From the IMG/VR virus record IMGVR_UViG_3300027969_000051: 64,000 nucleotides of DNA; one strand, given 5' to 3'. Position numbers and translations under genes: made by a program. The notes beneath the pieces are model-generated. The model ran no database searches and was not told where the DNA came from. It saw only the letters and a list, made by a program, of their open reading frames with translations. The number at the start of each line of letters is the position of its first letter. The stretch's first letter is position 1. Below, piece by piece: positions 63,291 to 64,000 of the stretch. Source of the stretch: an uncultured virus (IMG/VR IMGVR_UViG_3300027969_000051). Lineage: Duplodnaviria > Heunggongvirae > Uroviricota > Caudoviricetes.

Positions 63291-63809
63291 TTAATCGGTT
63301 TCTCCGCCTTCACTATCAGGCTTAGGATTATCTACACTCCAGGGCCAACTAGTACTAGGATTAGGTTTAGCTTTTAGTTTAACATTTTCTTCAATTACTG
63401 TTCCGTCTTCTTCGCAAAGACTAATTTGATATGGAGCATCTATAAGTAGATAGTCGTCTTCAACTTGCCAATCGTGCTCACCGTCAAATAACCAACCAGC
63501 ACCGCCTTCGTGGTATGATGATTCAAACGCTTCTTTTTGGTCGTCTGTAAAGTCATCGCTGTATTCAAAGTAACAGGCAACACCGTCTTCAAGTTCAGCA
63601 CCCCAACCACAATCTGTACGGGCCATGGCTTGAGTTGCACCTTCGTAGGGAAGGTTTATATCCATGTCTGATTCGACAAATCCTTGACCCCAGCGATAAT
63701 GATCTTCAATATTAATCCAGCTGGTAGAACCGTCTGCATTATCTCGGAACAGTTCTATACACCAACAAATGCTTTTTTTATGTAAAGGTTTGATTAAGTA
63801 TACAGACAT
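63291..63809 (-). CDS. Hypothetical acidic protein
   Basis: 172 aa; AAGGA SD. Confidence 0.7.
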   Translation of the reverse strand: MSVYLIKPLHKKSICWCIELFRDNADGSTSWINIEDHYRWGQGFVESDMDINLPYEGATQAMARTDCGWGAELEDGVACYFEYSDDFTDDQKEAFESSYHEGGAGWLFDGEHDWQVEDDYLLIDAPYQISLCEEDGTVIEENVKLKAKPNPSTSWPWSVDNPKPDSEGGETD

Positions 63810-63818
63810 AGTATTTCC

Positions 63819-64000
63819 TTAAACGTCTAAGTCCATTTCGCCAGCTTCTTTAACAAGAGCTAGTACTTCGTCTAGTGTGTTACACAAGATCTTAGCATTA
63901 ACATAGTCGCCTTTTTTATTACGGCCACCTGCTTCTACCATAAAACCATTGTCATAACGATTGATAGTATATGACTCGTTGATCTTTGTTAGTTTATCAC
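63819..64000 (-). CDS. Hypothetical protein, 5' end outside the window (not in ORF track)
   Basis: Open frame ...DKLTKINESYTINRYDNGFMVEAGGR...EMDLDV*. Confidence 0.65.
   Translation of the reverse strand, partial: DKLTKINESYTINRYDNGFMVEAGGRNKKGDYVNAKILCNTLDEVLALVKEAGEMDLDV

Noticed and set aside
1..64000. Stop-codon reassignment
   Set aside because: Core genes are full length in the standard code and TAA, TAG and TGA all end genes.

Overview
This is a 64-kb segment of a large T4-like (myovirus-type) dsDNA bacteriophage genome using the standard genetic code. It holds, in order: (1) a minus-strand head module (gp23 capsid, gp22 scaffold, gp21 protease, acidic core protein, gp20 portal) preceded by a tape-measure-like gene; (2) a gp26-like chaperone with a probable -1 frameshift into a gp51-like frame; (3) a gp55-gp47-gp46 operon ending in a short GIY-YIG nuclease, followed by a ~480-nt ORF-free, heavily base-paired region; (4) a ~41-kb plus-strand baseplate/fibre module with a 4904-aa wedge protein, a repeat fibre, a subtilase, tail-fibre paralogues and four glycosyltransferase-like genes; (5) minus-strand accessory genes (thyX, a MoxR-type AAA ATPase with a metallopeptidase-vWA partner, hypotheticals). 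T4-type late promoters (consensus about [G/T]ATAAATA) and sigma70 promoters can be read directly. The best candidate for an undescribed system is the GIY-YIG nuclease plus the downstream structured RNA or origin element (10471-11397). Next are the gp26/gp51 frameshift and the glycosyltransferase cassette attached to the tail-fibre genes. All protein calls come from motif recognition by eye, not database searches. I saw no tRNA, rRNA, CRISPR array or reverse transcriptase.
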